Positions 43,434-53,139 are shown, counted from the stretch's first letter. The stretch is 64,000 nt of DNA from Minisyncoccota bacterium (GCA_041663145.1 JBAZRG010000002.1:94618-158617), one strand, 5' to 3'. Numbers and translations are program-made. The notes: generated from the letters alone by a model not told the origin.

Positions 43434-43697
43434 GCCGATGTAGCTCAGTTGGTAGAGCACGCCATTGGTAGGTCGTAAGACCCTGCCCATTTCGGTGGTA
43501 ACGCCGAGATGAATCCCGAATAACGGTTAAAGTCCCGAGAGTAGTCGAGGGATAAGACCGTGGCGTTTCGATTTTATCGAGACGCCCGAACGACTGACAA
43601 GGGTCTCCAAACGTTGGAGAAAGATACAGTCTAGTCCTCCCGTAAGGTGAGGTGTAAACGAATGGCGAGGTCTCCGGTTCAATCCCGGACGTCGGCT
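43434..43697 (+). tRNA. tRNA-Thr(GGT) split by a group I intron (exons 43434-43469 and 43661-43697)
   Basis: Spliced form gives GCCGATG...CGCCA-TTGGTAA-TGGCG...TCCGG-TTCAATC-CCGGA-CGTCGGC-T. Confidence 0.9.
43470..43660 (+). ncRNA. group I self-splicing intron (191 nt)
   Basis: Follows U36 and ends in G; P1 has a U-G pair at the splice site; P7 GACTG(43592)/CAGTC(43627) within AAGATACAGTCT; GTAA tetraloops on P1, P2 and P9. Confidence 0.88.
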
Positions 43698-43735
43698 CCT
43701 TGTTTGTTAAAGTGTGTTTCGATATACTCCTTCTA

Positions 43736-44194
43736 ATGCCGATGCCAAGAAAGATTCGTAATATGTGTCTTATGTGCGGGAATGAGCCAGCCCGTCCATC
43801 ATACAAATATTGTTGTAATTCGTGTCAGCTTGAGTTTCAGCATCTTGAATATATTCGTAAATGGAAATTAGGAGAATTAAATGGACTTAGCAGTATTGGT
43901 ACAGTCTCTGTTCATGTGAAAAAGTACTTGAGAGAGAAATATGGTAACAAATGTATCCTATGTGGCTGGTCTGTAGTAAATACAAAGACTGGTCTGGTTC
44001 CACTAGTTGCAGATCATATTGACGGCAATTGGCGAAACAATTATGAGAGTAACTTGCGTCTCATTTGTCCAAATTGTGATTCGTTAACAGCAACTTATGG
44101 TGGTTCCAATAAAGGTAACGGTAGAACAGGGAGAGTTGTTAGCAAAAGAGTCCTTGAAGGAAAAAAGTTTGTATTGCTTTCTACGCCGATGTAG
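43736..44194 (+). CDS. HNH endonuclease with N-terminal zinc finger
   Basis: CLMC...YCCNSC; CILCG...LVADHIDGNWRNN..SNLRLICPNCDSLT. Confidence 0.9.
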   Translation: MPMPRKIRNMCLMCGNEPARPSYKYCCNSCQLEFQHLEYIRKWKLGELNGLSSIGTVSVHVKKYLREKYGNKCILCGWSVVNTKTGLVPLVADHIDGNWRNNYESNLRLICPNCDSLTATYGGSNKGNGRTGRVVSKRVLEGKKFVLLSTPM

Positions 44195-44260
44195 CTCAGT
44201 TGGTAGAGCGCCACTTTCGTAAAGTGGATGTCCCCGGTTCGATTCCGGGCATCGGCTCCA
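44185..44260 (+). tRNA. tRNA-Thr(CGT)
   Basis: GCCGATG...CCACT-TTCGTAA-AGTGG...GGTTCGATTCC...CATCGGC-T-CCA. Confidence 0.95.
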
Positions 44261-44332
44261 GAATCTCTTACGCATGATGTATATATATAACACTCATTGT
44301 CACACCGAGCCATTTTCTGTTACTCTAAGGTT

Positions 44333-45256
44333 ATGAACGACAAAGACAAATTGGAAGAAAAGATAGCCGAATTGGAAACCGCCATGAGTGGTGCAGATTT
44401 TTGGTCTGATAAAGAAAAAGCTCAGACTGTGATCGCGGAACATAAGAAATTAAAACAAGAACTTGAAGGAGTCGGCAAATACGATAAAGGTGACGCTATC
44501 ATGACTATCTTGTCCGGTGCTGGTGGAGATGATGCAGAGGATTTTTCGGCGATACTGATCCGTATGTATAGGAGATACGCCGAGAGTAAAGGTTGGGGTT
44601 GGTCGGTCATTCACGCAAATGAAAACGATCATGGCGGATATAGAAATATTACAGTAGAAATATCCGGTAAATCTGGTGGCACAAGCACTTTGAATGGTGA
44701 AGGGACGCTTGGGGCATTCGGTACATTAAAAAATGAATCAGGTGTTCATAGACTGGTTCGAATCTCTCCTTTTAATGCAAATGAAAAAAGGCACACTTCT
44801 TTCTCGATGGTTGAAGTCATTCCAAAACTAGAAAAATCCACAGCCGAAGATATAGTCATAGCCGATGCCGATCTAGAGATCAGTATTGCCAAGTCCGGTG
44901 GTCCTGGTGGTCAAAATGTTAATAAACGAGAAACAGCGGTGAGATTGGTCCATAAGCCGACTGGTATATCGATACATGTAACATCAGAACGTTCACAAGC
45001 TCAAAATCGAGAGAAAGCTCTGGAGATTCTCCGAGGAAAGATTTGGAAACGCAATGAAGAGGAACGACTAGCGAAGGAGAGAGGTATGCAGATTTCTAGT
45101 ACAACTTCCATAGAATGGGGAAATCAGATCCGATCCTATGTCTTTCATCCGTACAAGATGGTGAAGGATCATCGGACAGATGTGGAAACTTCACAAGTCG
45201 ATAAGGTTATTGAGGGAGAACTAGATGAATTCATAGAGGCAGAGAAGGAGTTGTAG
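44333..45256 (+). CDS. prfB: peptide chain release factor 2 (short form)
   Basis: [11 protein letters not shown] (SPF motif), [36 protein letters not shown]. Confidence 0.92.
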   Translation: MNDKDKLEEKIAELETAMSGADFWSDKEKAQTVIAEHKKLKQELEGVGKYDKGDAIMTILSGAGGDDAEDFSAILIRMYRRYAESKGWGWSVIHANENDHGGYRNITVEISGKSGGTSTLNGEGTLGAFGTLKNESGVHRLVRISPFNANEKRHTSFSMVEVIPKLEKSTAEDIVIADADLEISIAKSGGPGGQNVNKRETAVRLVHKPTGISIHVTSERSQAQNREKALEILRGKIWKRNEEERLAKERGMQISSTTSIEWGNQIRSYVFHPYKMVKDHRTDVETSQVDKVIEGELDEFIEAEKEL

Positions 45257-45265
45257 GATTTGCAC

Positions 45266-45461
45266 AGACCCCGACATAATGTGGAATAGCTTGGTGAACA
45301 TTGTTCCGAAACGACTCGCAATGCGATTTGAACCCCGAACAAATTGCCCATATTAGAGTAGCTCCGTCTACTCTAATATGGTTGCAATTTGGAGTGGGTG
45401 ACCTTGCGAGGAGTTGAGGAACAATGTTCACCAAGCTAGCGGGAACATTATGTTGGGGTCT
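45266..45461 (+). ncRNA. structured intergenic element, family A copy 2 (core 45287-45438 plus a 17-bp outer stem)
   Basis: Same 152-nt core as 35181-35332 with compensatory changes; agaccccgacataatgt pairs with acattatgttggggtct. Confidence 0.65.
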
Positions 45462-45514
45462 ATACATATTGTGAGTCATTTTACTGCCGTCCCCTCATAA
45501 GCTATAATCAGTGA

Positions 45515-46195
45515 ATGATTTATTACGATAAGGTTTCCAAGATCTACCCCGACAAGACAATAGCAGTCGAATCAGTCAGTTTTGGAGTCGAACCAAAGGA
45601 GTTCGTGACAATAGTCGGCCCTTCGGGGGCTGGCAAGACTACATTGTTGCGCATGCTTACGGCCGAGGAATGGCCGAGCAACGGCTCTGTATTCTTCGAA
45701 TCGACCGATATTCACCGTTTGACCAAGAAAGAGATGACGAAATTGCGACGTAGGATCGGCACCGTATTTCAGGATTATCGTCTGATACCGACCAAGACCG
45801 TATATGAAAATATCGCTTTCGCAATGGAAGCGACCGGTAGGAAAGACAGTGAGATAGCATCCGATGTCCCGCATGTTCTCGAACTTGTCGACCTAGCCCA
45901 TAAGATCTGGAATTTTCCGACGGAATTGTCCGGAGGGGAACGTCAGAGAGTCGCCATAGCCAGAGCCATCGTCACTCAGCCAGACATCATCATCGCCGAC
46001 GAACCTACAGGCAATCTCGATCCGACCAATACTTATGAGATCATTCGCATTCTTCAGAAGATCAACAATCTAGGCACAACAGTATTGTTGACTACACACA
46101 ATAAAGGAGTTGTAGATACAGTAGGGGGTCGCGTACTCACCATGGAAAAAGGTAAGATTATCAAAGATGATAAACATGGCAAATATATACTTTAA
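45515..46195 (+). CDS. ftsE: cell division ATP-binding protein FtsE
   Basis: GPSGAGKTT, RRRIGTVFQDYRLI, LSGGERQRVAIARA; upstream of ftsX. Confidence 0.93.
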   Translation: MIYYDKVSKIYPDKTIAVESVSFGVEPKEFVTIVGPSGAGKTTLLRMLTAEEWPSNGSVFFESTDIHRLTKKEMTKLRRRIGTVFQDYRLIPTKTVYENIAFAMEATGRKDSEIASDVPHVLELVDLAHKIWNFPTELSGGERQRVAIARAIVTQPDIIIADEPTGNLDPTNTYEIIRILQKINNLGTTVLLTTHNKGVVDTVGGRVLTMEKGKIIKDDKHGKYIL

Positions 46196-46240
46196 TATTC
46201 AAGCATAATTTATTTCGCCGAAAGGCACACATTATTTTAT

Positions 46241-47197
46241 ATGATATTTACCACATTCAAACGCATAACTAGAACCGGTTTCGTCAATTTCTGGCGCAAT
46301 GGTTTTTTGTCATTCGCGGCAATCGTGGTGATCACAATGTCGCTTTGCGCATTTGGCTTTATCATATTCACTGGCGCTTTTGGCCGTGCTCTCATATCCG
46401 ACGTCAAAGACAAAGTTGATATCAATGTTTATTTCAGTCTATCAGCTGAGGAATCCGAAATATTATCCATAAAAAAAGATCTGACGGCCTTGCCTGAGGT
46501 GGCATCGACTACATATATATCTCGCGCTCAAGCTCTGGAATCATTCAAGACAAAGTGGCAGGACAATGCTCTCATCATGCAAGGTCTAGACGAGATCGGA
46601 AATAACCCATTCCCAGCTTCCATAAACGTAAAGGCAGTCGATCCTGGTCAATACGGCAGTATCGCGAAATATTTGGAAAATAAAAATCCAACCTCGGCCG
46701 ACGGAGCGCCTCTCATAGAGAAGGTCAATTATCGCGAGAACAAATTGGTCATCGATCGCCTCGGCAGGATAATTCCGGCGGCCGAAAGAGCGGGGACGAT
46801 ATTGGCTCTAATTTTCATAGTAGTTGCCGTGATCGTGGTTTGGAATACTATTCGACTCATAATATTTACAGCCAAAGATGAGATCTCCGTAATGAAACTG
46901 GTCGGTGCTAGCAACATATACGTGCGTGGTCCTCTGGTCATATCTGGTATCATGTACGGTTTGGCTTCGAGCGTGGTCACGCTTTTGGTGATGGCAGCTT
47001 TCGCTTTTTGGAGTGACAGTATTCTCCTGCGTTTTGCTGGAGTCGAGATTGCCAATGATTTTGAATTCGTAGTCAATGTTTTGTCGAGATATTATATCCA
47101 GAACTTCACTCAGATATTCCTGATGATCGTCGTGGCAGGTATCATACTTGGCGGATTGCCGAGCTATTCGGCGGCTAGAAAATATTTGCGTATTTGA
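46241..47197 (+). CDS. ftsX: cell division permease FtsX
   Basis: NFWRN, INVYF, NTIRLII...DEISVMKLVGASNIYVRGP. Confidence 0.92.
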   Translation: MIFTTFKRITRTGFVNFWRNGFLSFAAIVVITMSLCAFGFIIFTGAFGRALISDVKDKVDINVYFSLSAEESEILSIKKDLTALPEVASTTYISRAQALESFKTKWQDNALIMQGLDEIGNNPFPASINVKAVDPGQYGSIAKYLENKNPTSADGAPLIEKVNYRENKLVIDRLGRIIPAAERAGTILALIFIVVAVIVVWNTIRLIIFTAKDEISVMKLVGASNIYVRGPLVISGIMYGLASSVVTLLVMAAFAFWSDSILLRFAGVEIANDFEFVVNVLSRYYIQNFTQIFLMIVVAGIILGGLPSYSAARKYLRI

Positions 47198-47220
47198 TTA
47201 TTTTGTTTAGAATGTAAGAC

Positions 47221-49047
47221 ATGAAGAAGAAAGTTCGAAACAGAAATAAAGAGAAAGCACATTCTATCAGTCATCATAAATATATTTTCGTCATCGGTGG
47301 AGTAATGTCGGGAGTTGGAAAGGGTATAGCGTCGTCTTCGATCGGCACTCTGCTCTCGTCCAAAGGATTCAAAGTCAATCTGGTAAAGGTTGATCCATAC
47401 CTAAATGTTGACGCCGGTACTATGAACCCCACTGAACACGGTGAGGTTTTTGTTTTGAACTCCGGTCTGGAAACCGATCAGGATATGGGCAACTATGAAC
47501 GTTTCCTCGGACGCGACCTCACAGGAGACGACTATATCACGAGTGGTATGGTCTATAAGCATGTCATAGAAAAGGAAAGAGCTTTGGGATATGGAGGCAA
47601 ATGTGTCGAAGCTGTGCCACATATTCGCGATGAGATAGTCGAACGTTTCGAACATTCAGCCAAGGTCAACAAATCAAACATTTCTATTATCGAAATAGGT
47701 GGGACTGTGGGCGACTATCAGAATATCATGTTCATCGAGGCTGCTCGTCTCCTCAAGATCAGACACCCAAACGATGTAATATTCATTATGGTTTCGTATT
47801 TGCCAGTACCAGGGACTCTGGGAGAAATGAAGACTCGTCCGACTCAGCATGCTGTGTATCATCTGGCATCATACGGAGTGACAACCGATATCATCATCGC
47901 GAGAGCGGCATTGCCTCTGGATGCCAGACGTAAAGAAAAGATCGCTACAGCTTGTAATATTCCGGCCAAAAATGTCATATCGGCGCCAGATATAAAGAGC
48001 ATATACGATGTGCCAGTCAACTTTAAGCATGATCGTCTAGGAGAGATCATTTTAGAAGCATTGCATCTTCCGGCAGTTTCGACGGGACCTTCATTTAAAG
48101 AATGGATGAATATGGCCAGAGGCATAAAAAACCACACTCGTCATACGGTCAATATCGCTATTGTTGGTAAATATTTCAATACAGGCGATTTTATTCTATC
48201 CGATGCGTATCTCTCCGTTCTGGAAGCTATCAAGTTTTCAGCCTATGCTGTCGGCGTAAAACCGATCATTCACACGGTCAATGCCAGAGATTTCGAGGGT
48301 AAGGGAAATGAGAATGCCAAGATTCTGAACAATTCTTATGCCAATCTGGACAAGATGGATGGTATCATCGTGCCGGGCGGTTTTGGTGAGTCCGGCATAG
48401 ACGGCAAATTGGCTGTGATCAAGTATGCTCGAGAAAATAATATTCCATATTTCGGTCTGTGTTACGGCATGCAACTCATGACTATCGAGTACGCCAGGAA
48501 TGTGCTGGGTTTGGCGGGCGCTCAGACAGCCGAGATAGATCCAAAGGCTCCGCATATCGTGATCGACATCATGCCAGATCAAAAAAAGAAATTGGCGGCA
48601 GGGAATTATGGTGGATCGATGCGTCTCGGTACTTATCCAGCAAAACTTTCCCATGGCACAGTGGCTTTTGAGTCATACAATGCCAAGAGGGATGATGGAG
48701 ACAATAAAACACATTCAGTTATCCATGAACGTCATCGACATCGTTATGAAGTCAATCCAAAATATATAGCCAGACTAGAAAGGGGAGGTCTCGTCTTTTC
48801 GGGTAGATCACCAGACGGCAGACTGATGGAGATTGCGGAATTGCCTCGAGACAAGCATCCATTCTTTTTGGGCACGCAATTCCATCCGGAATTTTTAGCC
48901 AGACCTCTTTCACCACATCCGTTGTTTACGGGATTTATGAAGGCTTCGAAGGAACGAGCGAAGATAAAGCCTGTTGTAGAGGGTATTCACGTCGAATCGC
49001 AACTTCTATCAGAAAAAGTTCAAGAAGAAATTTCTAAGGAGGTGTAG
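47221..49047 (+). CDS. pyrG: CTP synthase
   Basis: GGVMSGVGKG, DPYLNVDAGTMNP.EHGEVFV, VPGGFG, GLCYGMQ, ERHRHRYEVN, QFHPEF. Confidence 0.97.
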   Translation: MKKKVRNRNKEKAHSISHHKYIFVIGGVMSGVGKGIASSSIGTLLSSKGFKVNLVKVDPYLNVDAGTMNPTEHGEVFVLNSGLETDQDMGNYERFLGRDLTGDDYITSGMVYKHVIEKERALGYGGKCVEAVPHIRDEIVERFEHSAKVNKSNISIIEIGGTVGDYQNIMFIEAARLLKIRHPNDVIFIMVSYLPVPGTLGEMKTRPTQHAVYHLASYGVTTDIIIARAALPLDARRKEKIATACNIPAKNVISAPDIKSIYDVPVNFKHDRLGEIILEALHLPAVSTGPSFKEWMNMARGIKNHTRHTVNIAIVGKYFNTGDFILSDAYLSVLEAIKFSAYAVGVKPIIHTVNARDFEGKGNENAKILNNSYANLDKMDGIIVPGGFGESGIDGKLAVIKYARENNIPYFGLCYGMQLMTIEYARNVLGLAGAQTAEIDPKAPHIVIDIMPDQKKKLAAGNYGGSMRLGTYPAKLSHGTVAFESYNAKRDDGDNKTHSVIHERHRHRYEVNPKYIARLERGGLVFSGRSPDGRLMEIAELPRDKHPFFLGTQFHPEFLARPLSPHPLFTGFMKASKERAKIKPVVEGIHVESQLLSEKVQEEISKEV

Positions 49048-49052
49048 GGCAG

Positions 49053-49146
49053 GTAACCCCGGCAACATCATGTCCCGTAGTAACCGAGGATTGTGATTAG
49101 CGAAGCGCCCGCAGGTTACGGAGGGACATGATGTTGCCGGGGTTAC
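49053..49146. repeat. long inverted repeat (24-bp perfect arms) with conserved loop, family B copy 2
   Basis: 49053-49076 is the reverse complement of 49123-49146; loop contains CCGAGGAT...AGCGAAGCGCCCGCAGG. Confidence 0.85.
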
Positions 49147-49244
49147 GTGATATTTGCCAAATAGACATATTTGTGTCAGACTACAAATAGAACGACAATG
49201 ACGTCGTATCTAGAAAGGAGGTTGACATAAAAAGACTTTATGAC

Positions 49245-49817
49245 TTGCTGATAAGTCTGGTGAAATTTACCGGATTTGTTGCTATTGAGAAATCGATCGG
49301 CGCATCGTTTTATTGGGGCTACTTTCCAATAACGGTTCATCGGTACGGTGTGGCTGAGGCTTTCACTCGTCTGTTTCTAATGCAGTTTGTAGCATCGATC
49401 ATTTTTTGGTTGATCTACGATCGCGTATCGAAAGGACGAGACCTGATCGGTGTGGCTGGCACCAAAAAGAGCTTGTTTGGATGGTGGCATAAGATACTGA
49501 CTAAAATACGAATCCGTTTTGGCTGGTGGAATAAGATGCTGGTCATAATACGAAATCGTTTAAATTTTGGTCAAAAGTCGGCTCGATGTATCGACATTGT
49601 TCTTGTGGCTATCAGATTCATTTTTCTTGTGGCTTTCAGATTCTTTTTGCTCTCTTGGCAACTGATTCCACCTGTCGTTCTGCTTTGCGTTCGGACAGAT
49701 GGTAAACGCATGAGAGCTATTACAGAGATAACTCTCATAGCTCTTAGTACACTCATCGCAACTCTTTGGTGGACTGCAGTCTCCAAAGGAGTATTGCGAC
49801 TCATATTCGGTGTATAG
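49245..49817 (+). CDS. hypothetical membrane protein (start uncertain)
   Basis: Several hydrophobic segments; terminator hairpin right after the stop. Confidence 0.5.
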   Translation: MLISLVKFTGFVAIEKSIGASFYWGYFPITVHRYGVAEAFTRLFLMQFVASIIFWLIYDRVSKGRDLIGVAGTKKSLFGWWHKILTKIRIRFGWWNKMLVIIRNRLNFGQKSARCIDIVLVAIRFIFLVAFRFFLLSWQLIPPVVLLCVRTDGKRMRAITEITLIALSTLIATLWWTAVSKGVLRLIFGV

Positions 49818-49953
49818 CCGTCTTCCAAAGTTGGAGGGCGGTTTTTATTTTTTAATGAACCCACATCAGAACCAGTGCTTTCTTTCGAATCAACAAACTA
49901 ATAAAAAATCCGCTCCAAGTGTGATCTGGGAGCGGAGGTCAAAGTATCTTGAG

Positions 49954-50547
49954 TCACATGATCTGTTGCCATTTATATTGTGGACCACGAGTCGACAGCA
50001 GTTTTAGCAGTCTCTCATAGGATTCTCGTGGAGCCCATCCTATGAATCGATGGATCTTTCTCGCTTTCCAGATTGGTGGAAATTGAGAGTTTTGTTCAGA
50101 GCTTGTACATTCTGGTTCATCCTGATCGCTCGAGAGCCAAAAGAAGCTTTCATCCTCCAAGTCGTCATTTTCCTGTCTGAGATTGGCTCTCAGAATGCGT
50201 TTTGTGGCCAATAGTTGTGGCTCCGCCGTCAGACTGAATGGACCACCAATATTGTTACCGTCTTCTTGAACCAATTTGAATAGGTTAAACTTATCGCTCT
50301 GGCTGGAGTGACAGAGTCGGTTGATCTGAATCGATACCGTATGGTGGTACAAAATGACTCTCTTTAAAATAGCGTCGTATTCCAGCGAGGCAAATCCTTC
50401 GGTTACTAGAGTTATTATTTGGTGGAATGCCTGCGGTCGCTGTGCGACCTCGGCATCGATAGTGGGGATGAATCTCCTCAGCCATTTAATCGTCTCTATG
50501 AATTGCGAAGAGACAGTGTCTTGTTCCGCGCATGCGTTTGTACTCAT
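49954..50547 (-). CDS. hypothetical protein
   Basis: ~197-aa ORF with a downstream hairpin; no motif recognised. Confidence 0.5.
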   Translation of the reverse strand: MSTNACAEQDTVSSQFIETIKWLRRFIPTIDAEVAQRPQAFHQIITLVTEGFASLEYDAILKRVILYHHTVSIQINRLCHSSQSDKFNLFKLVQEDGNNIGGPFSLTAEPQLLATKRILRANLRQENDDLEDESFFWLSSDQDEPECTSSEQNSQFPPIWKARKIHRFIGWAPRESYERLLKLLSTRGPQYKWQQIM

Positions 50548-50752
50548 AAGTTTGTTTTTCAAACTGCATTTCAAGTTGTTTTATACCTCTTTTTGGGTTA
50601 TTCTGCAATGTGCACCTTACAACCTTGCGGGATCCTCCTTCGCTCTTGCAGAGCTACGGAGGACACAGTCGTCTAAGTAGGGTCGCCTACGCTTGCTGTC
50701 GCAAGCTTCGGCGGACCGAAGTCGTGATAGAGTTAGATTACATTTACAACCT

Positions 50753-50826
50753 TGCGGGATCGTCTAATGGTAGGACACAGCTCTCTGAAAGCTGTTATCT
50801 TGGTTCGAATCCAAGTCCCGCAGCCA
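50753..50826 (+). tRNA. tRNA-Gln(CTG)
   Basis: TGCGGGA...CAGCT-CTCTGAA-AGCTG...GGTTCGAATCC...TCCCGCA-G-CCA. Confidence 0.95.
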
Positions 50827-50857
50827 ACTTGAGACAGGTTCGGATTCCGAAGAACAT

Positions 50858-51796
50858 ATGATTAAACTAAAATATTTGATAATTTGGGGATCGGTTCTAG
50901 ATGAAATCAGGATTCTTTTAGACCAAACTGATGAAATGTATTTGGGGCTTTTCATTAATTCTCTTCGTTATGATAACGAGGTTCAAGGAAAAGAAGAAAA
51001 AAGTAAGTATATCTTTTCACTAAAAAACCAAATAGAGAAGATAAATAAAAAAGTCAAAACTTTTAATGAAATTAGGAAGTTTGCGTTTGGTGAGAAAAGT
51101 AAGTTGACCAAACTTTCACCAATAAACTTCTCTCGAATGAGAGTAATTGTTTTAAAGCACAAAGGAGATTACCCAAGGGAAAAGGGTTTGAGTAATTTTA
51201 CTAAGGAATTGCTTGGCACGTCAGACTCTGCATCTTCACTAGCAAGAAAACACACCGCTCTCTTGTTAAGGAATACTTTGATGCCTTTGCGTATTGAGCT
51301 TGGGAGGTTTGTTGAAAGTTTAAAAACCATTGAGGAGCCCTATCAGGAATTCTATAAAAATGAGAAGAGGTATCGAAAAATTGTTTCTAAGGAAATAGAG
51401 AAGTCGGTAATTTGTTACTCTGTTGATTTGAAAGGAGAGGCGGTATTTATCATCGGGCGACTACTTGAGAATCTTTGCACAGAATGGCTCTTACATTTAA
51501 AGAAGGAGGGTTCTCCACAGCTAAAGGCTGCAGATGTTGGGAATTTAGATTTTGACCAAAAATTAAATCGTCTTCACTACAATTTAAAGAAAATAAGCCC
51601 CAATCAATATTCAAAAGCGATGGCCTTAAAATGGGATAGAAATACATTTGGACACAAAATAGGGAGGCTTAACGAACATAGTAAAGACGCGGATTCAAAT
51701 ATAAGAACCGGGATTAACTTGATTACTCATTTTGAACTAAAAGTTAATCGTAAAAACAGAACAGCTATTCCGAAGAGCATCAAAATGGTAGAATAA
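50858..51796 (+). CDS. protein with C-terminal HEPN-like (DUF4145-type) domain
   Basis: AVFIIGRLLENLC...WDRNTFGH (Rx4H); AT-rich, immediately after tRNA-Gln. Confidence 0.6.
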   Translation: MIKLKYLIIWGSVLDEIRILLDQTDEMYLGLFINSLRYDNEVQGKEEKSKYIFSLKNQIEKINKKVKTFNEIRKFAFGEKSKLTKLSPINFSRMRVIVLKHKGDYPREKGLSNFTKELLGTSDSASSLARKHTALLLRNTLMPLRIELGRFVESLKTIEEPYQEFYKNEKRYRKIVSKEIEKSVICYSVDLKGEAVFIIGRLLENLCTEWLLHLKKEGSPQLKAADVGNLDFDQKLNRLHYNLKKISPNQYSKAMALKWDRNTFGHKIGRLNEHSKDADSNIRTGINLITHFELKVNRKNRTAIPKSIKMVE

Positions 51797-51915
51797 AAGT
51801 AATCAAAAAAGCCTTGTGGGGTTTGGATATGGATTTTCCGAGACCGAGGAGGCCAGCCAACGATTTATAAAAAAACTGCTCCACATTTCGGTGGGCAGTG
51901 AGATTGATAAATATG

Positions 51916-52509
51916 TCAGAGCCTCTCGATCTGATTTAGGAGGATTTTAAGTTCCTCCGATTCGAGGTGATTTCTAACATCGTCTAGGAATTCTTGAAGA
52001 TTATTGCCATGCTGCAAAGAGTAGATTTTGGCCTGAAATGCCATTTCAAGCTTGTCTAACTGTCTGACCAGCTTTGCCTCAGGGCTGTTGCCGATTTCGA
52101 ATTCTTCCCAGAGATCCAGGTACTTGTCAGCATTGGGAAAATCGGTCATGACAATTTTAATTGCGGCACGCTCGGCGAGATGTTTCTTCCGCTTACCCGC
52201 ATGACCTTTCGGTGATTTCGGATCGCCGTTAATGATCTCACCGAGTTCGTGGATAAGGCACATCATGAGGACTTTGAGACGGTCCAGGTCGGGGAATCGG
52301 AGCTCGCATAGAAAGAGTCCGAGAATGGACATGCCGAAGATATGATCAGCTACGCTCTCGCATTGTTTTTCGGGTATATCGCGTCCCTTGCGAAGCCATC
52401 CTTGACGATAGATCTGTTTGAGATGATTGATGTGAAAATACATCATGATCATCGGATCGACCAATTTCCCATGTAGGAATTTGAAAGGGGCAGAGTTCTT
52501 TGTCTTCAT
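51916..52509 (-). CDS. HD-domain phosphohydrolase (YfbR/HDDC2-like)
   Basis: LKQIYRQGW, ESVADH, CLIHELGE, EAKLVRQLDKLEM. Confidence 0.85.
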   Translation of the reverse strand: MKTKNSAPFKFLHGKLVDPMIMMYFHINHLKQIYRQGWLRKGRDIPEKQCESVADHIFGMSILGLFLCELRFPDLDRLKVLMMCLIHELGEIINGDPKSPKGHAGKRKKHLAERAAIKIVMTDFPNADKYLDLWEEFEIGNSPEAKLVRQLDKLEMAFQAKIYSLQHGNNLQEFLDDVRNHLESEELKILLNQIERL

Positions 52510-52677
52510 CTATGTGCCAATATACTCGATTAGTCAGACTTGTCTAGGTGTTGTAAAATGGTTCCAACAGCGTCCCATCCGGCCAGCAAATGATCTGTAC
52601 CCCATAAAGTGGACACTTTACGGAGGTACCAATGTTTTCTTGGACGTGGAACTATACCACATGCTAATATTTTCAAT

Positions 52678-53139
52678 ATGAAATGGAAACATCCGCCGAT
52701 TATAAAGATATATGAGGCACTTGGTTCGGTTGCTGATGGACGTGTTGAAGTGGATGGTAATACGGCCAAGATATATTCATCCAGTCGTAATAAATATTAT
52801 GATGTGTTATACGATCCTAACAATGGATCTATCATGACTAATGATAACGGATCATATTGGAAAGGTTATCTAGGGTATCCAGCCATAGCATTTTTGATGA
52901 AAATCGGATCATTATCTCATGATCCGGATCTAGCTGAACTTCTTAAAGGGATTGCTTGGAAGGATATAAATCAAAAGTTCAAAAATGATTTTGATAAGAC
53001 ATTGGAATACATACTTTCGGACAAAACTGATGATAATAGAAAACAACTTGAAGATTACGCTCGAAAAGTTGATAAGGAGATTTCAGATTTGAATTTGAAT
53101 ATGCTTGGTAAAAAGGTTTTACCACCAGATGGTTATTGA
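52678..53139 (+). CDS. hypothetical protein, copy 1
   Basis: MKWKHPPIIKIYEALGSVADGR...NDNGSYWKGYLGYP; ~97% nt identical copy at 57747. Confidence 0.8.
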   Translation: MKWKHPPIIKIYEALGSVADGRVEVDGNTAKIYSSSRNKYYDVLYDPNNGSIMTNDNGSYWKGYLGYPAIAFLMKIGSLSHDPDLAELLKGIAWKDINQKFKNDFDKTLEYILSDKTDDNRKQLEDYARKVDKEISDLNLNMLGKKVLPPDGY

